Assembly: GCA_023440865.1 (NCBI GenBank)
Contig: JAEXRM010000045.1
Coordinates: 1,154 to 65,153 of the forward strand
Length of the DNA stretch: 64,000 nucleotides
Source: Bacillota bacterium
GTDB taxonomy: Bacteria; Bacillota; Clostridia; DSM-8532
Direction: 5' to 3'
The notes under the pieces were generated by a model. The model searched no databases and had not been told where the DNA came from. It was given only the letters and a program-made list of their open reading frames with translations. This document shows, in pieces, positions 19,748 through 28,931 of this stretch (positions within the stretch are counted from its first letter, which is position 1; the number at the start of each line of letters is the position of its first letter). The position numbers and the translations under genes are program-made.

Positions 19748-19953
19748 AGGGGCGGAACCGGATTCCCGGCTCCGCCCCTTCCTGCGGGATTGCTCCGAAT
19801 TGAAAATGGGGGCCGCTTGGCGTGAAAGGCTTGAATCATGGCATGCAAATGCCGGTGTGCATCAAGAAGGAAAAAAGGGTTTAGTGGGTGGAATCTGATC
19901 CCTGCAGCAGGGGAGAACGATGTATCGAAACAGGAGGCCGATGGATATGCAAA

Positions 19954-19989
19954 GAAAAAACCATGTGCAGGTGTGATCCTGACACATGG
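19954..19989 (-). terminator. Rho-independent terminator of tRNA-Leu
   Basis: On the minus strand CCATGTG...CACATGG is followed by TTTTTTC, immediately after the tRNA 3' end. Confidence 0.55.
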
Positions 19990-19995
19990 TATTCC

Positions 19996-20081
19996 TGGTG
20001 CCGAAGGCGGGACTCGAACCCGCACGTCCTCGCGGACAATGGATTTTGAGTCCACAGCGTCTGCCATTCCACCACTTCGGC
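19996..20081 (-). tRNA. tRNA-Leu (anticodon CAA), type II with long variable arm, CCA encoded
   Basis: The cloverleaf was folded by hand. The acceptor is GCCGAAG/CTTCGGC. The anticodon stem is GTGGA/TCCAT with loop CTCAAAA. The variable arm is GTCC-GCGA-GGAC. The T arm is GCGGG-TTCGAGT-CCCGC. The 3' end is ACCA. Confidence 0.93.
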
Positions 20082-20135
20082 CCGGCGGTGCGGTTCGGAA
20101 ATCCCCGAAACCGGCTTTGCGACTCGTACCTGTTG

Positions 20136-20165
20136 ATTATATCATGCGACATTGCGCCACCGCAA
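20136..20165 (-). promoter_or_regulatory. Putative promoter of tRNA-Leu
   Basis: On the minus strand TTGCGG, an 18-nt spacer and TATAAT lie about 50 nt upstream of the mature tRNA 5' end. Confidence 0.4.
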
Positions 20166-20240
20166 CATGTGATAAGCGCCACAAACAGGGTGTGGGCCTG
20201 TGGAAAAGCGGCATGCGGATCATCGTGCGGGGTGAAGTAG

Positions 20241-20948
20241 CTACAGATAGGGACGCAGGTTGTCCAGAATGACGGCATATGCTTCCGGGTACATGTGGAT
20301 GCCCTCGAGCGTGTATGCGCGCCGCAGGTTGCCGCATTCGTCCGCAAGTCCCCGGTTCGCATCGACAAACAAGCAGCCGGAACGCGCGGCAAGTGATTCG
20401 ACCGCCCGGTTCGCCGCCTGGATGGCAGCATTGGTGCGATGGGCGAACATGCCGGCCCGTGCCGTGTCGTCGATGCCTGGGAACGCTTCATCCGCATTGA
20501 CCGGGTAATAGGCCATCAAGTGGATGAGGCAGTCGGGGACCCGCTCGCGGACACGTGCGAGGATTTCTTCGTAGTTGCCGATCAGCCGTTCCGGGAGGAA
20601 GCCTTCCGCGGCGATGTCGTTGGATCCGATGTTGATGAAGAGGCGTGATGGTTCCAGATCGAGAATCAGCGTTTCAATGGATACGATCAGCTCGGAGGAG
20701 ATCATGCCGCCGATGCCCCGGTTGTAGATGCGCAAACCGTCGGATGACAGGGGCATGAGCTCCGCGACGGGAAAATCCTCCATCAGCGAAGAGCCGGCCA
20801 TGACGATCTGCCCCTTGGACGCATATCGGTTGAGCTGCGCATATCGGCACACCATCAGGGCCTTGTGTTCTTGCGGTTGGGCGGACAGCTCCGCGCGGAA
20901 ACGTGCACGTGCATCCATTTCTTCCTTCATCCAGTTTGCGTCATTCAT
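20241..20948 (-). CDS. SGNH/GDSL-family hydrolase
   Basis: Block I is IVMAGSSL, block II NRGIGG, block III INIGSND, and DxxH-like is LEGIHM. The start is uncertain: MNDANW at 20948 is preferred, and in-frame alternatives exist at 20969 and 21044. Confidence 0.8.
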   Translation of the reverse strand: MNDANWMKEEMDARARFRAELSAQPQEHKALMVCRYAQLNRYASKGQIVMAGSSLMEDFPVAELMPLSSDGLRIYNRGIGGMISSELIVSIETLILDLEPSRLFINIGSNDIAAEGFLPERLIGNYEEILARVRERVPDCLIHLMAYYPVNADEAFPGIDDTARAGMFAHRTNAAIQAANRAVESLAARSGCLFVDANRGLADECGNLRRAYTLEGIHMYPEAYAVILDNLRPYL

Positions 20949-21187
20949 CTCGCGTCGATTCCCTTCCATGACCCGAAGCCTGACACGGGCCGGTTTTGTC
21001 ACGCCGTTACGGGCAGGCCCGGCGGTTTGTGCGTGGTTCATCATGATGGTAGACCTTGTGCGGTCAAGATGCAACCCGCGGGTGATTTTCTTGCGTGAAT
21101 GGCCGTTTTCCTTTCATATGAGCCGGTTCCATGGTACAATGTTGCCGGTTTCACTCAGCCATACGACAAGGGAATGACGGAGGAAGC

Positions 21188-24100
21188 ATGGGCGTTCGTA
21201 GATTGTTCGTGGAAAAAAGGCCGGGGTTCGACGTGGAAGCGGCCGGTTTGTGCCGTGAGCTGACCCGCAATGTGGGCATCGCGGGGCTCGAAGGGGTCCG
21301 CATCCTGCAACGGTATGACACCGAGGGCATTCCTCCCTCCGATTACGAAAAGGCCAAGGTCCTCGTTTTTTCCGAACCGCCTGTGGACGATGTCTACGAT
21401 GAAACCTTCCCCGTAGCGGAGCACGAGACCGTTTTCGCGGTTGCCTACCTGCCCGGCCAGTACGACCAGCGCGCGGATTCCGCTGCACAGTGCGTGCAGC
21501 TGATCAGCCTGGGGGAACGCCCCGAGGTCAGCGTCGCCCGCGTCATCGTGCTCAAGGGGGCCCTTTCCACCGCCGATGTGGCACGCGTCAAGAAGCATGT
21601 CATCAACCCGGTCGAGATGCATGAAGTGGCCATGGACAAGCCCGTCACACTGCAGACCGCGTTTCCGGTGCCGGCGGATGTATCCGTGCTGCACGACTTT
21701 TGTCGGTGGGACGAAACCGGCCTTTCGAACTTCATGAACGAAATGGGCTTCGCGATGTCCTTCGAGGATCTGAAATTCTGCCAGGCGCATTTCCGCGATG
21801 GGGAGAAACGCGATCCCACGGTCACCGAGCTGCGCATGATCGACACCTACTGGTCCGATCACTGCCGCCACACCACCTTTCTGACCGACATCGACGAGGT
21901 GACCTTTGCAGGCGGCCCGGTCTCGAAACGGATCAGGGCCGTGTGGGAGAAATACCTTGAAACCCGCGAGGCGGTCCACGCCGGCAAGGTGAAGGACATC
22001 TGCCTGATGGACATCGCGACCCTGGGGATGAAGGCGCTGAAAAAGCAGGGCGTGCTCGACAACCTTGACGAGTCTGAAGAGATCAATGCCTGCTCCATTG
22101 TCGTACAGGCCGATGTCGAGGGCCGTTCCGAGGATTGGCTCGTCATGTTCAAGAACGAGACCCACAACCATCCGACCGAGATCGAGCCGTTCGGCGGTGC
22201 GGCCACCTGTCTGGGCGGTGCCATCAGAGATCCGCTCTCCGGCCGTTCATACGTGTATCAGGCCATGCGCGTCACCGGCAGCGGGGATCCCACGGTGCCG
22301 TTCTCCCAGACATTGCCGGGCAAGCTGCCCCAGCGCGTCATCACGACGACGGCCGCTCATGGGTACTCCTCCTACGGCAACCAGATCGGTCTGGCCACCG
22401 GGCAGGTTGCGGAAGTCTACCATCCCGGTTATGTCGCAAAGCGCATGGAGATCGGCGCCGTCGTCGGCGCCGCACCCCGTGCCAATGTTGTGCGTGCCGT
22501 TCCGGCTCCCGGTGACATCGTCATCCTGCTGGGTGGACGTACCGGCCGCGATGGCTGCGGCGGCGCAACCGGCTCCTCGAAGGAGCATACCGAGGAGTCA
22601 CTCGCATCATGCGGCGCCGAGGTGCAGAAGGGCAACGCCCCGACTGAACGCAAAATCCAGCGGCTGTTCCTCGACCCCGAGGTCACCCGCATGATCAAGC
22701 GCTGCAACGATTTCGGCGCCGGCGGCGTTTCGGTGGCCATCGGAGAGCTGGCCGACGGTCTGGACATCAACCTCGATGCCGTTCCGAAGAAGTACGAGGG
22801 TCTTGATGGAACCGAGCTGGCCATTTCGGAATCCCAGGAACGCATGGCCGTCGTTGTGGCTCCGGAGCATGCGGGGCGCTTCATCGACGCGGCGCGCCGC
22901 GAGAACCTCGAGGCCGTCAAGGTGGCCGTGGTCACCGGAGAGAACCGGCTGCGCATGCGGTGGCGGGGCAAGGCCATCGTGGATGTGTCGCGCGATTTTC
23001 TCAATACCAACGGCGTGCGCCTGCACGCGAACGCGCGCATCGAGGAACCGGATGTCCACATGGCGCCGATCGACGCCCTGCCCGCCGGTCCCGTGTTCGA
23101 ATCGCGCGATCTGGCAGAGGCATGGAAGGCCAATCTCGCCCGGCTCAACGTGTCCAGCCAGAAGGGTCTGGTGGAGCGATTCGACAGCACCATCGGCTCG
23201 GGAACCGTGCTCATGCCGTTCGGCGGAATCCGCCAGATGACCCCGGCCGAAGGCATGGTTGCCAAGCTGCCTGTTCCCAGCGGCGAAACGACGACCGGTA
23301 CGGCCATGACGTTCGGATTCAACCCGGAGATCTCTTCCTGGAGTCCGTTCCACGGCGCCGCCCTTGCCATCGTCGAGTCACTGGCCAAGCTGGTGGCCGT
23401 GGGCGGCAACCCGCAAAAGGCGCGCCTGACCCTGCAGGAATACTTCGAGAAGCTCGGGCGGGACCCCGTTCGTTGGGGAAAACCGCTTTCGGCCCTTCTG
23501 GGCGCATTCTGGGCCCAGATGGCCTTCGGCGCACCGGCCATCGGCGGCAAGGACAGCATGTCCGGCACCTTCCGCGACATGAGCGTGCCGCCGACACTCG
23601 TTTCCTTCGCACTGGCCCCGATGGATGTCCGCAGGGTGGTCTCCGCCGAGTTCAAGCAGGCCGGCAGCCAGGTCGTGCTGGTGCCGGCCGTACGTGACGG
23701 GGAAGGGTTGCCGGTGCCGGAGAAGGCCAATGCCGCCTTCGCCCGCATCCATGCGGCCATGCAGGCCGGCAGGGTGCTTGCCGCCGCCACCGTGCAAACG
23801 GGGGGGGTCGCCGCAACAGTCTCCCGCATGGCGTTCGGCAACCGCATCGGTTTGCGGATGCGGGAGGGCTTCTCACGCACCCGCCTGTTCTGTCTTGATC
23901 CGGGCGCACTCGTCCTTGAGCTCGCTGCCGGCTCGCAGCCCGGTGAGTTGCTGGGAGACACGGAATACCTGCTGCTGGGTGAAACGGTCACCGATCCGGT
24001 TGTGGTAGTCGGAACGGCGAAGATGGAACTTGCCTCGCTGGAGGAAGCCTGGGCCGGCACACTCGAGCCCATCTTTCCGACGAAGGTCCGCGAGGAAACG

Positions 24101-24964
24101 GTGCCGATCCGCGTGCTTTTGCATGAACAACGGTCAACAAACGTGCGCTCAACCCCGGTTGTGGCACGCCCGCGCGTCTTCATCCCCGTGTTCCCGGGTA
24201 CGAACTGCGAGACCGATACGGCCCGCGCATTCGCCAAGGCGGGTGCCGTGCCGGACGTGTTCGTGCTGAACAACCTCACGGCCCGCGAAGTCGACGCGTC
24301 GGTCCATGAAATGGACAAGCGCATCCGCAACAGCCAGATCATCATGCTGCCCGGCGGCTTTTCGGCCGGCGACGAGCCGGAGGGTTCTGGCAAATTCATC
24401 GCCACGGTGTTCCGCAATCCGTACCTTTCCGAAGCGGTCATGGATCTGCTGAGGAATCGTGACGGCCTCATGATGGGCATCTGCAACGGTTTCCAGGCGC
24501 TGGTGAAGCTGGGGCTGCTGCCGTATGGCGAAATCCGTCCGCTCACGGCCCACTGCCCGACGCTCACGTTCAACCGCGTCGGCCGTCATGTATCTGGCCT
24601 CTTCCGCACGCGAAATGCATCCGTGCTGTCGCCGTGGATGCTCAGGGAGGAGCCCGGAGACATCCACCTGGTGCCGATCTCCCATGGAGAGGGCCGGTTC
24701 GTGGCGGAGGCGGATGTGCTCGAGGCGCTGGCGGCAGCCGGTCAGATCGCCACGCAGTATGTTGACCTGGACGGCCAGCCCACCATGGATGGCACCTTCA
24801 ATCCCAACGGTTCGGCCTGGGCGATCGAGGGCATCACGAGCGCGGACGGGCGCATCCTCGGCAAGATGGGCCACTCCGAGCGCGTCACGCCCAATGTCTA
24901 CCGCAACGTGCCGGGGAACACCGATTCCCGCCTGTTCGAGGGTGGCGTGGCCTGGTTCCGCTGA
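21188..24964 (+). CDS. purL: Phosphoribosylformylglycinamidine (FGAM) synthase, single-chain large form
   Basis: The 1258-aa product has an N-terminal PurS-like domain, two AIR-synthase-like repeats (ETHNHPT, GGKDSMSG) and a C-terminal glutaminase (GICNGFQ, HGEGRF). The RBS is GGAGGAAG. Confidence 0.96.
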   Translation: MGVRRLFVEKRPGFDVEAAGLCRELTRNVGIAGLEGVRILQRYDTEGIPPSDYEKAKVLVFSEPPVDDVYDETFPVAEHETVFAVAYLPGQYDQRADSAAQCVQLISLGERPEVSVARVIVLKGALSTADVARVKKHVINPVEMHEVAMDKPVTLQTAFPVPADVSVLHDFCRWDETGLSNFMNEMGFAMSFEDLKFCQAHFRDGEKRDPTVTELRMIDTYWSDHCRHTTFLTDIDEVTFAGGPVSKRIRAVWEKYLETREAVHAGKVKDICLMDIATLGMKALKKQGVLDNLDESEEINACSIVVQADVEGRSEDWLVMFKNETHNHPTEIEPFGGAATCLGGAIRDPLSGRSYVYQAMRVTGSGDPTVPFSQTLPGKLPQRVITTTAAHGYSSYGNQIGLATGQVAEVYHPGYVAKRMEIGAVVGAAPRANVVRAVPAPGDIVILLGGRTGRDGCGGATGSSKEHTEESLASCGAEVQKGNAPTERKIQRLFLDPEVTRMIKRCNDFGAGGVSVAIGELADGLDINLDAVPKKYEGLDGTELAISESQERMAVVVAPEHAGRFIDAARRENLEAVKVAVVTGENRLRMRWRGKAIVDVSRDFLNTNGVRLHANARIEEPDVHMAPIDALPAGPVFESRDLAEAWKANLARLNVSSQKGLVERFDSTIGSGTVLMPFGGIRQMTPAEGMVAKLPVPSGETTTGTAMTFGFNPEISSWSPFHGAALAIVESLAKLVAVGGNPQKARLTLQEYFEKLGRDPVRWGKPLSALLGAFWAQMAFGAPAIGGKDSMSGTFRDMSVPPTLVSFALAPMDVRRVVSAEFKQAGSQVVLVPAVRDGEGLPVPEKANAAFARIHAAMQAGRVLAAATVQTGGVAATVSRMAFGNRIGLRMREGFSRTRLFCLDPGALVLELAAGSQPGELLGDTEYLLLGETVTDPVVVVGTAKMELASLEEAWAGTLEPIFPTKVREETVPIRVLLHEQRSTNVRSTPVVARPRVFIPVFPGTNCETDTARAFAKAGAVPDVFVLNNLTAREVDASVHEMDKRIRNSQIIMLPGGFSAGDEPEGSGKFIATVFRNPYLSEAVMDLLRNRDGLMMGICNGFQALVKLGLLPYGEIRPLTAHCPTLTFNRVGRHVSGLFRTRNASVLSPWMLREEPGDIHLVPISHGEGRFVAEADVLEALAAAGQIATQYVDLDGQPTMDGTFNPNGSAWAIEGITSADGRILGKMGHSERVTPNVYRNVPGNTDSRLFEGGVAWFR

Positions 24965-24984
24965 CATAATGTGACATGCAACGA

Positions 24985-25037
24985 AAGGCGCCCCTTCCGC
25001 ATCAGCCGAGGCTCTTGCGGAAGGGGCGCCTTGTTTT
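24985..25037. terminator. Bidirectional rho-independent terminator (purL / propeller operon)
   Basis: A 17-bp stem pairs AAGGCGCCCCTTCCGCA with TGCGGAAGGGGCGCCTT. TTGTTTT follows on the plus strand and TTTCGTT follows on the minus strand. Confidence 0.75.
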
Positions 25038-25092
25038 GGCGCCGGGGACGGGCAGCAGCGGGTGCAGGCGCCTTCATGGCGCCGTTCGGATC

Positions 25093-26979
25093 TCAGCGGA
25101 TGCGGATGCCGAAGATCTTCCTAGCGTAGGAGCCGATGACGATCATGTCGTCATAGACTGCAGGGGAGGACTCCACGTTGCCCTCGAGCGAAATGCTGTC
25201 GACGTCCTCGCCGGTCATCGGATCGAACAGGTGCATGTGGCCGCCGAAGTCACTGACAATGCCCCAGGTCTTGCCGTCGTCCGACTTGATGCCGACGGGC
25301 GAGCTCCAGCTGTAGGAATCGAGTGCGCGCTCCCAGATCTTCGAACCTGTCTTCTTGTCGAGGGCGAGCAGGGTACCGTTGTTGGCGCCGCCGGTCAGCG
25401 CAATGTTGAAGATGATCCGGTCGGAGATGTCGTCCTGTCCGACCAGGGGTGTCGCGAGCGCGCCGCCGTTGATGTACGACTGGTAGATGCAAGGCACGTC
25501 CACCTGCCAGATCAGCTCGCCGGTCAATGCATCGAATTTGCGGATGTTGCTCGGTGCCGTGCCCGAACCGGCCGATTTCAGCCGCTTGTCGACCTGGTTG
25601 GCCGTGTAGACGAACACGCCGTCGGGCTCCTCGCTGACGGTGGTGGTGCAGTCGGTGTCATCCGCGAGCTTCGCCATCCAGACAGGCGAGAGGGTGTTGA
25701 TGTCCAGGCATTGCAGGGTGCCGCCGTTGTCGGCGAAGTACATCAGGTTGCGGTAGCAGGCAGGGCTGTTCTCGGTGCCGAGGTCGCCCGAATAGCTGCT
25801 CTTGTATCGGTATTTCGTGACCGTGGGGTTGAGCGAGACGGTGCCCGCCTGCGGATCGAAGGCCGCGTTGAGCTTGACCCGGTTGATCAGGCCGTTCTCC
25901 CCGCACTCGAGGAGGGTGTCGGTCTGACGGTCGATCAGCCCGGAGGAGTCGAAGGCGCCCCAGGTGCGGAACGCATCCGGATCGCTGCCGTTGATGCCCC
26001 AGATCTGCTTCTGGTCGATCAGGCTGAAGACACGGTACTGGAAAGCGCTTTTTTTTCCGGCGGTATCGTTGGCATTGAGTCCCTGCCCGACATACAACAG
26101 CGGCCAGCCGCGGGGATCGATCGCGCCGGTGCCCTTGAAGGAGAAGCCGAAGCGGATCGGATCGCGGGTCGCCTTGCCGGATTTCAGGTCGAGGAAATAG
26201 ATGTTGCCATCGAGCGTGGGATAGACGACCTCCACCAGGTCGCTTGCCTTTGCTTCGGGTGTGAGGTTCATGACCTTGCGGGTGGCCTCGGGCCAATGCA
26301 CCAGCAGAGGCTGTCCCGTCCATCCGGTGCCCGGCCAGAAGCTGTTCAGCGCGCTGATTGCTCCGGTGCTGCTCGTCCAGACGATTTCAAGCTTGCGGTC
26401 CGTGACCTGCCGGGTGCCCCAGGTGGGATCGGTGCGCTGGTGATTGCCACGGAAGGCGAGAACGCCCTCGACCTCGGAATAGGTGGAGGCGTCGCCGAAC
26501 GCCAGCAGGTCCTCGTCGCGGTAGTCCGCAAGAGCCTTGCCGTTGCGCAGTACCGCCCAGGTCAGCTTGCCGCCGTCCTGGAATGCGGAGACATAGGTCG
26601 CCGTACCGGCTTTGGTCTTGGAGACAAACAGGGGGGATGTCGGCACGTCGATGGCCAGCAGGGCCGGATCGGTGACGGCCGGGGGTGGCGTGGGTTCGGG
26701 CGTGGGTTCGGGTGTTGGCTCCGGCGACGGTTCCGGTGTCGGTTCTTCGGTGGATGCCGATGCGATGGCCCCCGCGCTCGGGGTCTTGCCTGAAACCACG
26801 GGATCCTCCGCCAGCGGGGGATCCCCGTGGAAGGCGGACAGGAAGGGCAAGTCGAGGAACCCGGACTTTTCCGCGACGAGTACGCCGAGCACCACGACCA
26901 AAGCGGCCAGGATGAAGGCGAGAACGCGGATGCCCGTGTGGTTCCGGCGGGCGCGGTATGCCTTGTGGGATGCTTTCAT
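25093..26979 (-). CDS. Membrane-anchored PQQ-like beta-propeller repeat protein (paralog 2)
   Basis: The start at MKASHKAYRARR (RBS AAGGAGG) is followed by a TM segment, then a PTPEPSPEPTPEPTPEPTP linker. The beta-propeller body is highly similar to the product of 27057-28931. Confidence 0.85.
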   Translation of the reverse strand: MKASHKAYRARRNHTGIRVLAFILAALVVVLGVLVAEKSGFLDLPFLSAFHGDPPLAEDPVVSGKTPSAGAIASASTEEPTPEPSPEPTPEPTPEPTPPPAVTDPALLAIDVPTSPLFVSKTKAGTATYVSAFQDGGKLTWAVLRNGKALADYRDEDLLAFGDASTYSEVEGVLAFRGNHQRTDPTWGTRQVTDRKLEIVWTSSTGAISALNSFWPGTGWTGQPLLVHWPEATRKVMNLTPEAKASDLVEVVYPTLDGNIYFLDLKSGKATRDPIRFGFSFKGTGAIDPRGWPLLYVGQGLNANDTAGKKSAFQYRVFSLIDQKQIWGINGSDPDAFRTWGAFDSSGLIDRQTDTLLECGENGLINRVKLNAAFDPQAGTVSLNPTVTKYRYKSSYSGDLGTENSPACYRNLMYFADNGGTLQCLDINTLSPVWMAKLADDTDCTTTVSEEPDGVFVYTANQVDKRLKSAGSGTAPSNIRKFDALTGELIWQVDVPCIYQSYINGGALATPLVGQDDISDRIIFNIALTGGANNGTLLALDKKTGSKIWERALDSYSWSSPVGIKSDDGKTWGIVSDFGGHMHLFDPMTGEDVDSISLEGNVESSPAVYDDMIVIGSYARKIFGIRIR

Positions 26980-27056
26980 GGAACCTCCTTGATGAAAGGA
27001 CCGTGTTGCGCTTCCGGCCTCCGGCGGAGGCCCGTGGGTGCCCGGTGCGGGCGCAT

Positions 27057-28931
27057 TCAGCGGATTCTCACGCCGAACAGCTTTTTGGCGTAGGAACCGA
27101 CCACGATCATGTCCCCGTAGACGGCCGGCGAGGATTCGATGTTGCCGCCGAGGGATACCTTGTCCAGATCCTGGCCGGTCTTGGGGTCGAACAGGCGCAG
27201 GTACCCGTCGTAACCGCACACCAGCCCGTATGTCTTCCCCTCCTGTGACAGCAGGTCGACGGGCGAGCTCCAGCTGTAGGATGGCAGATCGCGTTCCCAC
27301 ACCTTCGCACCCGTTTTTTTGTCGAGGGCGAGCAGTTTTCCGGAGGAGTTGGAGCCGGTCAGCGCGATGTTGAAGATCAGCAGGTCGGCGATGTCGTCCT
27401 TGCCAACCAGCGGTGTGGCGAGGGCGCCACCGTTGATGTAGTACTGGTAGATGCAGGGGACGTCGACCTGCCAGATCAGCCGCCCCGTTTTCGCGTCGTA
27501 CTTGCGGATGTTGCAGTTCTCTTTGGTCACCTTTCCGCCCTGGGAGCGCTTGTCGATTTCGTTGGCGGTATAGAGGAACACGCCTTCGGCCGTTTCCTCG
27601 ATGACGGTCGTGCAGTCTGTGTCATCGCCGGTTTCGACGAACCAGACCGGCTTCATGGTGTTCAGGTCCAGGCACTGCAAGACCCCACCGTTGTCGGCGA
27701 AATACAGGAAGTGGTCCCAGGCCGCCGGCGAACTCTCGATGCCGAGTTCGTCGTTGCCGGACACATGATACCGGTACTTCGTCAGCTGCGGCGCAAGGGA
27801 GAGGGTCTTGGCCTCCGGGTCATACTGCGTGTTCAGCTTCACCTTGTAGACAAGGCCGTTCTCGCCGCACTCGATGAGGGTGTCGCTTTTGGCGTCCACC
27901 AGCCCCGACGAGTCGAACGCGCCCCAGGGGCGGAACGCCATCGGATCGCGGCCGAGGATGCCGTAGATCTCAGTCTGGTCAAGCAGGTTGAAGATGCGGT
28001 ACTTGAACTCCGTCACCTTTTTCCCGTTCTCGTTCAGTCCCTGTCCCGTGTACAGGAGCGGGTAGCCGCGCGGGTCGATGACGCCCGTGCCCTTGAAGGG
28101 ATACCCGACCGTGATCTTTTCGCGCGTGGGCTTGCCGGTATCCAGGTCGAGGAAATAGATGTTGCCGTCGAGCGTGGGGTAGACCACTTCGACCAGATCC
28201 TTCGCCTTGGCTTCCTCGGACAGGTTCATTGCCTTGCGGGTGGCCTCGGCCCAGTGGACGAGCAGGGGTTGGCCCGTCCAGCCCGTGCCGGGCCAGTAGC
28301 TCTCCGTGGTGGAGATGGCCCCGGTGGGGCTTTCCCAGACGATTTCAAGCTTCTTTTCCGTGATGGTTCGGGAACCGGCCGAGGGTGCGCTGCGCCATGG
28401 GTTGCCCCGGAAGGTCAGGACGCCGTCGACATCCGAATACGTATCGGCTGTACCGAAGGACACGGCAGGACCGGCATGCTGCGCGGGCTGGTTGTTCTGG
28501 AGGATCCACGAATCCATCGTGCGGCCATTGGACTCCGTGCGAAGGGCCGCATCCGGGAAGGCGTTCGTTCCATCGAAGTTCGCCGGCGTTTCCCAGGACA
28601 TGCGGATGAGCGCGGGATCGGTCGATTCGGGTTCCATCGGTTCCGGCGTGGGCATGGGCGTCGGTTCGGGTGTGGGGGTCGGCGTGGCGGATCCGCCGGG
28701 TGCCGTCACGTCGGAACCGTCTGCCGGAGTGCTCCCGGAAGCGGCCGTTCCCGCGGTGGCCGGCGCGGAAGCGGAGGTGCCGGCAGCGAAGAGGCCTTGC
28801 TTGCCAAACAGCGCCCGCCCGGCGAAGAACAGGAGGGCGGCGACGACGGCCAGCGTCAGCAGGGCAACCACGCCCTTGGCCGGATTGAAGCGGCGCCGCC
28901 GCCGGTATCGGGTGGTTCTTCTGTAACTCAT
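27057..28931 (-). CDS. Membrane-anchored PQQ-like beta-propeller repeat protein (paralog 1)
   Basis: The N-terminus is MSYRRTTRYRRRRRFNP followed by a TM segment and a TPTPTPEPTPMPTPEP linker. The propeller has long blocks identical to the downstream paralog (WTGQPLLVHW, DLVEVVYPTLDGNIYFLDL, IWQVDVPCIYQ.YINGGALATPLVG). Confidence 0.85.
   Translation of the reverse strand: MSYRRTTRYRRRRRFNPAKGVVALLTLAVVAALLFFAGRALFGKQGLFAAGTSASAPATAGTAASGSTPADGSDVTAPGGSATPTPTPEPTPMPTPEPMEPESTDPALIRMSWETPANFDGTNAFPDAALRTESNGRTMDSWILQNNQPAQHAGPAVSFGTADTYSDVDGVLTFRGNPWRSAPSAGSRTITEKKLEIVWESPTGAISTTESYWPGTGWTGQPLLVHWAEATRKAMNLSEEAKAKDLVEVVYPTLDGNIYFLDLDTGKPTREKITVGYPFKGTGVIDPRGYPLLYTGQGLNENGKKVTEFKYRIFNLLDQTEIYGILGRDPMAFRPWGAFDSSGLVDAKSDTLIECGENGLVYKVKLNTQYDPEAKTLSLAPQLTKYRYHVSGNDELGIESSPAAWDHFLYFADNGGVLQCLDLNTMKPVWFVETGDDTDCTTVIEETAEGVFLYTANEIDKRSQGGKVTKENCNIRKYDAKTGRLIWQVDVPCIYQYYINGGALATPLVGKDDIADLLIFNIALTGSNSSGKLLALDKKTGAKVWERDLPSYSWSSPVDLLSQEGKTYGLVCGYDGYLRLFDPKTGQDLDKVSLGGNIESSPAVYGDMIVVGSYAKKLFGVRIR

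Noticed and set aside
19693-20067. A 124-aa minus-strand ORF.
   Set aside because: It overlaps the tRNA-Leu gene, its terminator and the tandem repeat. It has no RBS or motifs.
22429-24573. A 714-aa minus-strand ORF, plus the 338-aa ORF at 21155-22171.
   Set aside because: Both are antisense to purL, whose frame carries unmistakable FGAM synthase motifs.
24976-26793. A 605-aa plus-strand ORF, together with the 414-aa ORF at 27711-28955 and the 273-aa ORF at 28946-29767.
   Set aside because: All are antisense to the propeller and hydrolase genes. They have Gly/Arg/Val/Asp-rich composition and no RBS.
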